A stretch of DNA of 64,000 nucleotides from a virus (Duplodnaviria > Heunggongvirae > Uroviricota > Caudoviricetes). Shown piece after piece: positions 53,208 through 63,036 of this stretch. The stretch lies in the IMG/VR virus record IMGVR_UViG_3300044693_000272; one strand, given 5' to 3'. The position numbers and the translations under genes are program-made. Within the stretch, counting starts at the first letter, position 1; each line of letters starts with the position of its first letter. Below the pieces are notes generated by a model that was not told the origin of the DNA, made no database searches, and saw only the letters and a list, made by a program, of their open reading frames with translations.

Positions 53208-53522
53208 TTACTCAATCTGGGCAGCAATCAGGTGTCCATCTGCGTCAATGTCAAAAACACATGTATGCTTGGAAACATAAACAACATAACCAACAGTATG
53301 ATTCTTATTATCGACTACATCTTCTACTACCCAATCTTTGTATCGATTGGTATCCATACCAGTCACTTGACCACAAGCATATCGCAAGTAATCTTTTGAT
53401 GCTGTTTGTTCTGCTTTAGATGGCGGACTTGCATGAGCGTGCTGTGCCATAAACATCACAATCACGCTCAAACAAATTGCCACAACTGCAAGCATGCAAG
53501 TACGAACAATATCAACTTTCAT
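53208..53522 (-). CDS. secreted/membrane-anchored hypothetical protein
   Basis: N-terminal signal-like hydrophobic segment. Confidence 0.65.
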   Translation of the reverse strand: MKVDIVRTCMLAVVAICLSVIVMFMAQHAHASPPSKAEQTASKDYLRYACGQVTGMDTNRYKDWVVEDVVDNKNHTVGYVVYVSKHTCVFDIDADGHLIAAQIE

Positions 53523-53602
53523 TTATGTCCCCTTTATAGACGTTGTTCACCTAGAACGGTAGCACAAATGGCAATAAGAATATGTAAGTACTTACACTAG
53601 TA

Positions 53603-53959
53603 TTACATATAAGATCGAAACCGTTCTCGGGCGCGTGAAGAAATGTTGCGATTACGTGCTACTTTCTCCCATCGCAAATTGGCTTGTTTCCAACGCTTTG
53701 CCGCTTTTTCAGGCCCATGGCTGACTATATGATGTAGCATACCAAAGAACCTGATCTTGAATTGAATATTCAAGGCATATGGTCGTTTCGTTTTATAATT
53801 CTCAAACAGACGACTTTTGCGACGTTCCTTTATATTGCTGTAATAATAAAGAATGTACGTTTCTTTCTTACCGAATGAAGATTTCGCTCGAGCTTTCGAA
53901 AGAGACACTCGATAACGTGCCTTCTTAGAAAAACCATCTGGGCAAAAATGCTTGCTCAT
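53603..53959 (-). CDS. basic hypothetical protein
   Basis: 118 aa, K/R-rich. Confidence 0.55.
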   Translation of the reverse strand: MSKHFCPDGFSKKARYRVSLSKARAKSSFGKKETYILYYYSNIKERRKSRLFENYKTKRPYALNIQFKIRFFGMLHHIVSHGPEKAAKRWKQANLRWEKVARNRNISSRARERFRSYM

Positions 53960-54279
53960 GCCTCTTTATCCGTTAAAAACGAATCAATCAGTGCTTGTTC
54001 ACTTGGTTTTTTCCAGTTCATAATTTGACCAGTTTCAATATCAATAACGAATTCGATATAGTCTGAACGACCAAAACCCAAACCTGATGGCATATAGCCA
54101 TCAATGTTAAACAAGATTCCACCATCGCTATTCGTTGCAATAACCTGTGACCGATCATCACACTTGCCACGCACACGCATGAACTTGATCGAATGCACTT
54201 TGTTCAGAGCATCAGCTTCTCGACGTGCTTGCTCACCTTCGCCGTGATCTTCTTCAAACTGATTATCAAACATACTCAT
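53956..54279 (-). CDS. hypothetical protein
   Basis: K.DDR, DGYMP, DYIEF.ID.ETGQI.NW. Confidence 0.7.
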   Translation of the reverse strand: MSMFDNQFEEDHGEGEQARREADALNKVHSIKFMRVRGKCDDRSQVIATNSDGGILFNIDGYMPSGLGFGRSDYIEFVIDIETGQIMNWKKPSEQALIDSFLTDKEA

Positions 54280-55898
54280 GCTTGTTCCTTTTCTTCAATT
54301 ACTTCGGTCATCTTTTTCAAGTCGATCATGACAATTTCAAGACTACCACTATACGTCAACCTGATCTGAATAGCGGTAGTGATATCTTTTATTGCGAATG
54401 CCATCTGAGTATCGCTCTTTGCACGCTTGTAATCCTTCTTGTCAAGCACTTCTACAGCTTCGTTGATTTTGGCCTTTTCAGTGTCAGTCAACTCGTAATC
54501 GTAATAGTATTTGTCGTCCTCTTTCTTGGAGAAGACAACCATCGCACTGAATTCATCAAGCTTTTTCTTCTTCTCAAGATCAGAATACACTTGACGAACT
54601 GCACTACCAAACTTGATTGTCAAATCACGAAGACGCCATGTACGCTTAAACGATTCAACCAAATCAATCTTTTTAACCAGTTGTTTGGTGCTTTTGTCGT
54701 ATTCGTGAATCTCCCAAGTATCTGGAATGTCAAACTTATAGCCAGTCGTGTAATACTCAGCGCCACCATACATATCGGGCAAACCAACATAATACCCACT
54801 TGCGTTCAAAGCAAACTGGCGAACATCGCTTAAACGTTTCCAATTCTTGCAACCACGAATACCCTTCTCAGAGTACTCAATTGCATGCTGATAACCATTT
54901 TTCCAATTACCAGCATCACCCTTGAAATATTTTTGTTCAGAAGTGTCGTATATGTAGAAGACCGGAATAATATCGTTAGAATCAAGATTCACCGTTCCAT
55001 CAACATTTACATTTGATTGTGCCGATAAAATCCGTTCAACTTTACCATTCACATCAGACACACGTGCCCAATGCGTCACGGTGCCGCCAAATGTATTTGT
55101 AAACCACAGACCAGAACTATATCCGGGTCCCGGTTGACTAACTTTTTCAGTCAACTTGAATTCTGCTCCAACAGGAATCACTGCACCTGCATCTTCTTCT
55201 AATGTGGTGGTGTAGTATTGATGACCGTTATAGCTATGAGACGGCGTTTTAATAATCTTGGGCAATTTGATTTCTTTTGTTACTTTCCAGGTAGTTCCAG
55301 GAACGAAAACCTGGCGGAACGTAGGTCCAGATTCTTTTGCTTCTTTACGGGGTTTCGGAGCTTCTGCACGAATAACATTGTCAATATGTACTGCACACTC
55401 ACCGTCTTTATAGACTAAGTACACACCAGGCTTCGCATCTGCCGGTAATGCTGGTTTCGTTAACGTTTTAGCATTAACGATTTTTCCATTGTACTTACGG
55501 GGAGCCTTTTCAGCTTTGATCTTCTGATTGTAATTATAGAGAATGTTGCTATTGCCTTCAGCCTGAAGAATGTCTACACCACCAGCAATCGAAAAATACT
55601 GATCTTCTTCTACGACTGAACCATCAGGCCATTTCAATTCTTGTTGCTGAGCATCAACTTGCATGAAGAAATAGTACAAATTGTCATCAACTTGCACTTT
55701 TTCGAAACGCAGTATTCGACCATTTGTATTGTCTCTGATGAGATGTCTAATTTCGTAGGGAATACCATAATGGTGTGACTGATTCGAAGACAATAGCAGG
55801 TCTTCCGTTAGGAAGTCAGTCACATAAGGGACGTTATCACCACCACGGAAGATGGTTGAACCAGCAGGAAGAATTTTATAGTAGATTGGCGTTCCCAT
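54276..55898 (-). CDS. large hypothetical protein (540 aa)
   Basis: long ORF, no recognised motif. Confidence 0.85.
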   Translation of the reverse strand: MGTPIYYKILPAGSTIFRGGDNVPYVTDFLTEDLLLSSNQSHHYGIPYEIRHLIRDNTNGRILRFEKVQVDDNLYYFFMQVDAQQQELKWPDGSVVEEDQYFSIAGGVDILQAEGNSNILYNYNQKIKAEKAPRKYNGKIVNAKTLTKPALPADAKPGVYLVYKDGECAVHIDNVIRAEAPKPRKEAKESGPTFRQVFVPGTTWKVTKEIKLPKIIKTPSHSYNGHQYYTTTLEEDAGAVIPVGAEFKLTEKVSQPGPGYSSGLWFTNTFGGTVTHWARVSDVNGKVERILSAQSNVNVDGTVNLDSNDIIPVFYIYDTSEQKYFKGDAGNWKNGYQHAIEYSEKGIRGCKNWKRLSDVRQFALNASGYYVGLPDMYGGAEYYTTGYKFDIPDTWEIHEYDKSTKQLVKKIDLVESFKRTWRLRDLTIKFGSAVRQVYSDLEKKKKLDEFSAMVVFSKKEDDKYYYDYELTDTEKAKINEAVEVLDKKDYKRAKSDTQMAFAIKDITTAIQIRLTYSGSLEIVMIDLKKMTEVIEEKEQA

Positions 55899-55967
55899 CC
55901 ATCACTCCAATGATGAAAACGCCAGTCTACACTAAAACAGTAACAACTACTCAACAAAGTGGCATTC

Positions 55968-56243
55968 TTATATCATCAAAATAGTCACCCGAACTACCAA
56001 CATCTGCTCTCCTCGCTCTACAATCACCCGAAACGAACTATCTGAATTAGAACTATATGTGATAGCTCGATGATCAGAATCATAACACCTAAATCCGAAC
56101 TTCTGATCACCCACTAAAAAGGTATCAATATGATCCAACAATCGATCATATTCAGCACGTGTCGCTAAACACCAATACGCTGAGAACGCATTACTTATAT
56201 CTGGCTTATAACCGACCTCATTCGCTATTTTTATAGCATCCAT
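55968..56243 (-). CDS. hypothetical protein
   Basis: 91 aa ORF. Confidence 0.55.
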   Translation of the reverse strand: MDAIKIANEVGYKPDISNAFSAYWCLATRAEYDRLLDHIDTFLVGDQKFGFRCYDSDHRAITYSSNSDSSFRVIVERGEQMLVVRVTILMI

Positions 56244-56382
56244 GATGAGATCCCCTGCACAGGGTTAATGATGTTGTTAGCCAACAGTAATAATACTAGC
56301 AGGTACTTATCTATATCTAAACCTAAATGTCAATTGGTTGTAACTATCAACAATCAACTTCCAATAACGAAAACCTATTAAA

Positions 56383-56706
56383 TCACACACTTAACTTGAA
56401 TATCAAAGCATCCAGCTCGCATGGAAACTCAATTACAATATCATAATATGTTTCATTAATGTTACCAGTAACGATGTCCCTCTGAGTATCCCAAACCTTT
56501 ACTTCACAATTACTACGGCAAGAAGCATACGAAAGGTAACCCTCCAAATTATGCCTTACAACAATTTCATATATCGACAGATCAGAGTCAACAGCTTTCA
56601 ATGGTCCATATTGCTCACACAACATATCAAGGGTGCGCGCTAGTAAACGATCATGTTCATATGCTTCATTAGGAAATAATTGTGTAAACACCACAGTAGT
56701 TTTCAT
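56383..56706 (-). CDS. FKL-motif family protein
   Basis: ends FPCELDALIFKLSV. Confidence 0.7.
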   Translation of the reverse strand: MKTTVVFTQLFPNEAYEHDRLLARTLDMLCEQYGPLKAVDSDLSIYEIVVRHNLEGYLSYASCRSNCEVKVWDTQRDIVTGNINETYYDIVIEFPCELDALIFKLSV

Positions 56707-56722
56707 ATCATTTCAACGAATA

Positions 56723-56795
56723 ATTCATGGAGGTTATTAACTTTACCTAATGATAATATCTAATCAATAGAGGAAAGCTACCAAACCCAGGTAGA
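56723..56795. repeat. dispersed intergenic repeat copy B
   Basis: ATTCATGGAGGTT..CCTAATGA..CAAACCCAGGTAGA. Confidence 0.75.
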
Positions 56796-56888
56796 ACTCT
56801 AAGAAGTGGCCAATCGATAAGCAACTGCTTCGGCATCAGTTTTTAAAATGGTAATATCTGGTGTAATTTTTGAATGTGACAACATTCA

Positions 56889-57299
56889 TCATGATACCGC
56901 CAATTTAAAAAGTACAGCATCATTATCATTTTCGAAGGCATAGATGCAAGCAGGTCGTTGATCGCAACAAAGATACCACATACGCCATCCAACACCATTA
57001 ATAAAATAAATGTAACCACTATCCTGAACTTCGAAATAACAATGTTGTCGAATTTCACAAATATGATTATTTGCTCTATCTGGCCAACACACTTCAGAAC
57101 CGCGCACCAAGTAGTAATCCAGAAAACAATCAGTATCATTCCTGGGACCATACATTTTCACTATGTCTTCACGAACATTTGATTCCTCAACTAAAGAAAA
57201 GCCACCAAAATATTTTTGAAGGACCTGGTGATGCGCCCTACCTATATTCTTTAATTGCGCTAGATCATAACGAGGAAGTTCATAAACTAGAAATTTCAT
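56889..57299 (-). CDS. FKL-motif family protein
   Basis: ends FENDNDAVLFKLAVS. Confidence 0.7.
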   Translation of the reverse strand: MKFLVYELPRYDLAQLKNIGRAHHQVLQKYFGGFSLVEESNVREDIVKMYGPRNDTDCFLDYYLVRGSEVCWPDRANNHICEIRQHCYFEVQDSGYIYFINGVGWRMWYLCCDQRPACIYAFENDNDAVLFKLAVS

Positions 57300-57637
57300 G
57301 ACATCATCAATTTAAAAGTAATAGCATCTGCATCATTCTTAAATACCATCACAATAACAATCCTGTCAGGATCATTTTGGATGGTATAGTAATCCCAGAT
57401 ACTAGTTTTTTCATGCTTCCCAATTCGGTAGGTTGGAAAATCAAATCCAACATCACGAAATACTTGAAGAAACGGACCAATTCGTTCCCGTTTCTTTTCC
57501 ACCAACTCATCAAAACCAAATCCCAAAAACATCCACCGCTCATAACTACCATCCTCTGGAACATGATCCGCCAGAAAATGAAGCACCTTGGAATGCAACT
57601 CACCCCATGCAGCAGTCTCATACACAATAGTAGCCAT
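57296..57637 (-). CDS. FKL-motif family protein
   Basis: ends FKNDADAITFKLMMS. Confidence 0.7.
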   Translation of the reverse strand: MATIVYETAAWGELHSKVLHFLADHVPEDGSYERWMFLGFGFDELVEKKRERIGPFLQVFRDVGFDFPTYRIGKHEKTSIWDYYTIQNDPDRIVIVMVFKNDADAITFKLMMS

Positions 57638-57672
57638 ATCACACCATCAACTTTAAAATAATATCAACGAAT

Positions 57673-57741
57673 ATTCATGGAGGTTGATATCGGATCCGTC
57701 AGTGGCTAGAGCCTTATACCACGATGTCAAACCCAGGCAGA
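57673..57741. repeat. dispersed intergenic repeat copy C
   Basis: ATTCATGGAGGTT..CAAACCCAGGCAGA. Confidence 0.75.
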
Positions 57742-57753
57742 AGTCTTCAATTT

Positions 57754-58149
57754 TTACAAAAAAATCAACTTCAACTGAACGGCTACCAATTCATCATATA
57801 CCATAATCATAGTGTGATTCTCCAGATATCCATCCCTATTCCAATGCCACATGTAGAATGCCGCCCATCCCTTACCAACCGCTCGCCCTGCATTCCTCGT
57901 CCATACGTAGCCGGACCATAACGGATCAGCCACACTAATGTAATGTGCTATGATGTTATTGAACTTTTGGTTAATTTCTATTGAATCATCAGGATTAGTA
58001 TAGTATGAATGTCCCCATTTCGAGACTTCGCACTGCTTACTAGTGTAAGGTGATACATTGGCAGAAAGCCAGTTGATTATCTCTTCAAACTTTGCACGAA
58101 GCGCCAATATACCTTGTTCAGTTGGCACGTAATAAGTCACGTTATACAT
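57754..58149 (-). CDS. FKL-motif family protein
   Basis: ends VYDELVAVQLKLIFL. Confidence 0.7.
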   Translation of the reverse strand: MYNVTYYVPTEQGILALRAKFEEIINWLSANVSPYTSKQCEVSKWGHSYYTNPDDSIEINQKFNNIIAHYISVADPLWSGYVWTRNAGRAVGKGWAAFYMWHWNRDGYLENHTMIMVYDELVAVQLKLIFL

Positions 58150-58550
58150 CAGAGCATCTCAAGCTTGAACTGAACTGCTAACGTTTCATCGTAAAAGTCG
58201 AATGTGAATTTTACGGTGCCATGCATAGAAAGAGCATCGTTCCTGTAAAGGGTTTCTCGCAACGTGCAACCATCAAAATAAAAGGTCCAACAGAAATAGA
58301 GATCAAAATCGTTTTGTAATTTGATTTCTTGAATTTCAAGATATTCATTCGCATACGCACGCATCTTGGTCCAGTCACCAGCACATGTGACCATATTCAT
58401 ACCTTCATGCTTTATACCGTCATCCCACCATTCACCATCTGGGTTTAGCAATCTGCCGAATTCTGCTAGTTTATCCTTGGCACAAACGGCCACATTATCA
58501 TGACCGTACCATGGACCTTCTTGAACGTAATGCAAACGAATCATAGTCAC
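58149..58550 (-). CDS. FKL-motif family protein
   Basis: ends FYDETLAVQFKLEML. Confidence 0.7.
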   Translation of the reverse strand: MTMIRLHYVQEGPWYGHDNVAVCAKDKLAEFGRLLNPDGEWWDDGIKHEGMNMVTCAGDWTKMRAYANEYLEIQEIKLQNDFDLYFCWTFYFDGCTLRETLYRNDALSMHGTVKFTFDFYDETLAVQFKLEML

Positions 58551-58960
58551 TAACCGTAAAGCAATCTCATCTCTGTCGCCTCACAGAGATCTTCAATCAA
58601 TACCAAATATGTGTATCTCGTCGCTCGATGTTGTAAACCTTTATTTTCATCTTCCGCTTCATCTACTGCCAAACTACCGATCATATCAATTGAACTCACA
58701 AAAATGACTTCCCATCCGTCATTATATGAATGAACTACTTCATTTAAATCTTGAGTAGCAAACCAAGAATCGAGCTTGATAATACGTTTATGCCATGTGC
58801 GTGGAATTTGCTCCTTGCCATATCGACGTTGTTCATATACTCGGCCTTTATCTCTAACTGGACGTTCGAGGCTTTTAACCCACTCCAGCAATTCCTTGCT
58901 CTTTTGAACATAAGCATTATGATTTTCGACAGCGTCAAATCGATACTTGAAGAGATACAT
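58550..58960 (-). CDS. FKL-motif family protein (divergent)
   Basis: ends IEDLCEATEMRLLYG. Confidence 0.65.
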   Translation of the reverse strand: MYLFKYRFDAVENHNAYVQKSKELLEWVKSLERPVRDKGRVYEQRRYGKEQIPRTWHKRIIKLDSWFATQDLNEVVHSYNDGWEVIFVSSIDMIGSLAVDEAEDENKGLQHRATRYTYLVLIEDLCEATEMRLLYG

Positions 58961-59494
58961 TTAAAGTGGAAATGTGATTTTATGTTTCTTCGCAATAGCA
59001 ATTAGAGCCTCACCATTGCCCCTAGCATCATTAACCGGATTGTGATCATGTGCGGTAGTCCGCATACGCTTCCAGTTGTTTGCAGCTTTGAAATTGCGTT
59101 CCAATCCAGCAAAGAAATCACCAATTCTACGGGATGAAAACCCGAATGGATTGCTACCTGCATATTTGTGCATGTAGTAATTAATGAACTGCCAGTCGAA
59201 GCCGTTGTTGTCCGAGATGAAAACAGCATGTCCTTCACCCTTCTGCTCATTCACAAACGTCATAGCTTGCGGCATAACGACGCTGGCTTGATCGAAACTT
59301 AAGGTCTCTTCGCGGGTATGACCACTGACAGCCAGAGCCTCAGGTAGCCATATATCACTAATTGGAGCTACTTTACCGTAGAAAGATGGTGCGGATGCCA
59401 TATCGTTTTGTACTTTAACGATTCCAAATGATACCATCGAATAATCACCTGGGTACGGTCCATCAGCTTCTACGTCTACAATAAACAGTGCCAT
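58961..59494 (-). CDS. DEDD 3'-5' exonuclease (Rv2179c-like)
   Basis: IVDVEADGP, YSMVSFG, FISDN.GFDW, H.HNPVNDA.GN.EA. Confidence 0.85.
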   Translation of the reverse strand: MALFIVDVEADGPYPGDYSMVSFGIVKVQNDMASAPSFYGKVAPISDIWLPEALAVSGHTREETLSFDQASVVMPQAMTFVNEQKGEGHAVFISDNNGFDWQFINYYMHKYAGSNPFGFSSRRIGDFFAGLERNFKAANNWKRMRTTAHDHNPVNDARGNGEALIAIAKKHKITFPL

Positions 59495-59579
59495 TTCATT
59501 TTCCTTTTTGATTGCTTGCCAATTGTAGCATGGCAATCTTTGTGTTATGGCACTCTTTACCATCTGTTCATCAACGAAC

Positions 59580-59605
59580 GAAAGGGGAGCAGATGCTCCC
59601 CTTTC
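59580..59605. terminator. intrinsic terminator after YadA-like gene
   Basis: GAAAGGGGAGC-agat-GCTCCCCTTTC. Confidence 0.8.
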
Positions 59606-59626
59606 GCATTTACTGCTGATGTTCAA

Positions 59627-61462
59627 TTAAAATTGATAACCTGCACCGACTACTGCGCCAAAGTCACCACGGCTGTTACCTGTAACTGCTCCCTTCACTA
59701 CCCAACCGCCAGTAGCAGTAGATACGCCGATCGCGTAACCAGTAGCACCATGATACGTGCTCGCTGCTGCCGACATCATAGAATGGCCATTACTCATCGG
59801 TTGCGGGAGGCCTGCTACTGCCATTGCGCTGGCTACACCACCATACATATCTTGACGAAGCGTGCTAATGTCGCTCTCTGCTTGATTAAAGCGTTGATTC
59901 GTGTAGTTGTTGGCTGCCTGCACACCATTTGCAACCGATTGATCAGTATAACTGTTAGCAGCTTGTAAAGTCGCTGCCGACGACTGATCAGTGTAAACGT
60001 TGGATTGTGCATGCGCTTGTGCCACTTCATCATGGGATGCCGATTGCTGTTGAAGCGTTGCAATGTCACCAGTATTTTGTGTCACTTGCGATTGCAAACC
60101 AGCTTCAGCAGTCTTCGCACGTTGCGTTTCATTCGAGATTGCATTTGCATTCGTTTGTTCAGCAGCCTGCGCACGAGTCGATTCTGCACCAACCTGCTGG
60201 TCAGTGTACGTCTTCGCCCCAGCCAACGTCTTACTTGCAACTTGATTCGTATATTGGTTTGACGTCATAACTGCCGCACCATATGCGATTGACGCGTCTT
60301 TTGCTGCAACCGCATCAGCATGTCGGTTAGCCGCCGAGAGAGTCTTGGCTGCCGTCTGGTCAGTGTAACTTTTTGCAGAAGCAGCATTCGTTGTGATCTG
60401 AGACTGCAGGTTGTTTTCGGCTCCTTCAGCACGTGTTGTTTCAATGCCGATTGCCGTGCTCAGCGATGCTTCAGCTGCTTGAGCACGTTGCGATTCACCA
60501 GCAACCTGTCCCATGGTGAAGCTATTTGCTTGTTCGATCGCATTACCCATCGCTTGAGTAACTTCCGAATGCGTAGCGCTCTTTTGTTGCAGCGAAGCAA
60601 TATTGGACGTGTTCGTCGAAACTTGCTTCGCAACATTTGCCACATTAGCATTTGTTTGGTCAAGACGTTGATCAGTTGCGTTGATCGCGATCGAATTACC
60701 AATACCGATGCCAATCGCCACACCAGCTCCAGTCAATGCTTGATTAGCAGTGCTCTGTGCCGCGCCTGCGGCACCAAGTGCTTTATCTGCAGTTGATTGC
60801 GCAGTATTAACCTTTGCATTCAGCGTCGACTCTGCTGTTTGTGCGCGAGCGGTTTCAGCAGCCGTTGCTCCAGCCGCAGTCGATGCATTTGCCGCAATCT
60901 GCGATTGCAACATTCCTTCAATTGTCGTTGCTCGCTGATTTTCACCTTGAACCATCGATGAAGCGGTTGCCGCGTTGTTGTTGATTTGAATCTGCAAGCC
61001 AGCTTCAACACCTTGTGCCCGTTGCGTTTCAGCGCCTACGACTGTGCTCGCATTTGCATTAGCCGCTGACAATGTCGCAGCCGCCGAATTCATCACTTCT
61101 TGATGAGAAGCACTATTCGTCTGTAGGCTATTGATAGCTGCCGTATTTGCATTTACTTGCGTTTGTGTGCTGGCGAGACCTTGACCCAGGCCGTTGACAG
61201 TGGTGTTAGTGTTGTTGATCTGCGTTTGCAAATCGCCAGCTTGTTTTTGCAAAACAGTGATATTACCAGCATTCGTCGTGATCTGACTTTGCAAACCAGA
61301 TTCTGCATTGGTTGCTCGGGTCGTTTCTGTTGCAATGCTTTGATCAACATATGTTTGGGTTGCACTTGTGCAGTCATGCGGATTACCAGTGCAATCTGCA
61401 AAAGCTTGCGAAGAGATTGCCAAAATAGCAATCATTGTCGAAGCCATAAGACTCTTCTTCAT
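59627..61462 (-). CDS. YadA-family trimeric autotransporter adhesin
   Basis: Sec signal peptide (..SQAFA), E..RA..AE coiled-coil stalk repeats, AN.YTD neck repeats, GGVASAMA..LPQ..GAGYQF anchor. Confidence 0.9.
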   Translation of the reverse strand: MKKSLMASTMIAILAISSQAFADCTGNPHDCTSATQTYVDQSIATETTRATNAESGLQSQITTNAGNITVLQKQAGDLQTQINNTNTTVNGLGQGLASTQTQVNANTAAINSLQTNSASHQEVMNSAAATLSAANANASTVVGAETQRAQGVEAGLQIQINNNAATASSMVQGENQRATTIEGMLQSQIAANASTAAGATAAETARAQTAESTLNAKVNTAQSTADKALGAAGAAQSTANQALTGAGVAIGIGIGNSIAINATDQRLDQTNANVANVAKQVSTNTSNIASLQQKSATHSEVTQAMGNAIEQANSFTMGQVAGESQRAQAAEASLSTAIGIETTRAEGAENNLQSQITTNAASAKSYTDQTAAKTLSAANRHADAVAAKDASIAYGAAVMTSNQYTNQVASKTLAGAKTYTDQQVGAESTRAQAAEQTNANAISNETQRAKTAEAGLQSQVTQNTGDIATLQQQSASHDEVAQAHAQSNVYTDQSSAATLQAANSYTDQSVANGVQAANNYTNQRFNQAESDISTLRQDMYGGVASAMAVAGLPQPMSNGHSMMSAAASTYHGATGYAIGVSTATGGWVVKGAVTGNSRGDFGAVVGAGYQF

Positions 61463-61618
61463 ATTCTTGTACCTCCGGGAAAATTTTGATAATTTACCAC
61501 GTCATTGCGTGGTCCCTTTATGCGTATTACTAGTTCAAAACGTTTGTGATACTACTTTCACGTGGTACATACAGCAAGCAGAATCTAATTTGTTGTACTT
61601 TTACAACAAGTTACAAAT

Positions 61619-62035
61619 TTACCAAATATGGCGGCGCGATCTCAAGCGTTCAAAGTAGGCGTCTACTTTAAGTTGGACATCCGGATGGTAACCAGGCAAA
61701 CCAAGTTCGTTTGCATATAGCCGTTGCAAGCGTTTACGCATAATGTCACGGCGTTTGTTCTCGTTTTTCTCGGGTACCTTTTGTGCCTTGGAGAGTTGAC
61801 GGCGGTATTTTGGGTGTTCACGCACTTGTTCTTCTGTCAAGTGAGTTTTCGCCATGATTCGACGAAGCTCTTTCGATTCATTTTTGTTTGGAGCGTGTGG
61901 ATCATTCGAATCAATTAAATGACGCTGGGTTGATCTGACGGTGACATATTCTTGTTCGTCTTCATCCCATTCACGTTCTCGATGATAATAACCATCATCT
62001 TTAATAGATCGCACTTCTGATTTTGACAATGGCAT
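61619..62035 (-). CDS. basic hypothetical protein
   Basis: 138 aa ORF. Confidence 0.7.
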   Translation of the reverse strand: MPLSKSEVRSIKDDGYYHREREWDEDEQEYVTVRSTQRHLIDSNDPHAPNKNESKELRRIMAKTHLTEEQVREHPKYRRQLSKAQKVPEKNENKRRDIMRKRLQRLYANELGLPGYHPDVQLKVDAYFERLRSRRHIW

Positions 62036-62129
62036 TTTTGTAATTGTAATAGTTCAGAACTGCATCATACTATATTCATCTACAGTATGATGCAAGGGAA
62101 AATTGATAAATCGTTGTGCCGTGACAACG

Positions 62130-62537
62130 TTAGATATACGTGCTTGTTTCAGCGTTTTGCCGGCGAGTTTCTTCGAGATCGAACCGGTAGTTGCGGAAGC
62201 AGAATTCATACAAGCCGAGTCGATGTTGTTTCACATCCTTGCCGTAGGTCTTGACGATCGTGACAGACTTGTCACTGATGGATTTGATCGTTCCCAAGTA
62301 AGAAAGATTGTAACTGTCGTATTCAGCAATATCACCAAGTTCAAACTTACGGCACACGGTAATCGACCCGTCTTTGCCTTCACGGTAGATCTGGATGCTC
62401 TTGTTTTTCTCGATCACAACCAGGTACTCAGTAGGAGTCGCAGGGTATTCGACACCAAAACGCTTGTGGGCTTTGGTCATCACGCGTTGTGCATTCTTGA
62501 TTGCTTCAAGCATTTCGTCCTCCTGTTTGTTCACCAT
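62130..62537 (-). CDS. hypothetical early protein
   Basis: GDIAEYDSYNL.YLG.I..I..K.V.I; promoter TTGACT..TATCAT upstream (62545-62572). Confidence 0.75.
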   Translation of the reverse strand: MVNKQEDEMLEAIKNAQRVMTKAHKRFGVEYPATPTEYLVVIEKNKSIQIYREGKDGSITVCRKFELGDIAEYDSYNLSYLGTIKSISDKSVTIVKTYGKDVKQHRLGLYEFCFRNYRFDLEETRRQNAETSTYI

Positions 62538-62632
62538 ACATCAAATGATACATTCATATGATGAAAAGTCAACTCACAAATGAACTAAGGTGCTACAATG
62601 TTGTGGCACCTTGCTTTGAGCAAAATCGTGCT

Positions 62633-62986
62633 TTATTCGAACATTAGCGGATCAGTCGCGCAACTAAAGATGGCGGAGTGCATTTCTTTTGTGCCGCCGT
62701 TAATGAATGCACTAACAATACGTGGGAGGTGATAGTCGTACAGTTTCGTGGTGAGTGCCGGATCTTGTAATCGCCTCGATGGACGAATTCGCTTGTCGAT
62801 ATTGGTCGGTAATGCAGCAAGCGTTCGAGCAATGCTGTTGTCAACCAAGTCTTGGACGCCAACTTGAATACCGACACGGCCACCATCCATGAACTTGAAG
62901 AAGATATGCTCCGTAAAGAAATCAGTAAACTCTTCCATACGAAGTCGTTCAAGCGGCTTATCATTGATCTTCACAAATCGTGACAT
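62633..62986 (-). CDS. hypothetical protein
   Basis: SD GGAGG before MSRF. Confidence 0.65.
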   Translation of the reverse strand: MSRFVKINDKPLERLRMEEFTDFFTEHIFFKFMDGGRVGIQVGVQDLVDNSIARTLAALPTNIDKRIRPSRRLQDPALTTKLYDYHLPRIVSAFINGGTKEMHSAIFSCATDPLMFE

Positions 62987-63036
62987 ATGACCTCCAAAGA
63001 GTGACTGATTATAACCAGATGGTACAACCACCTGAA

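Noticed and set aside
59627-61462. Stalk repeats as a DGR or tandem DNA repeat array
   Set aside because: Repeats are conserved at protein level only, and no reverse transcriptase or template repeat is visible.
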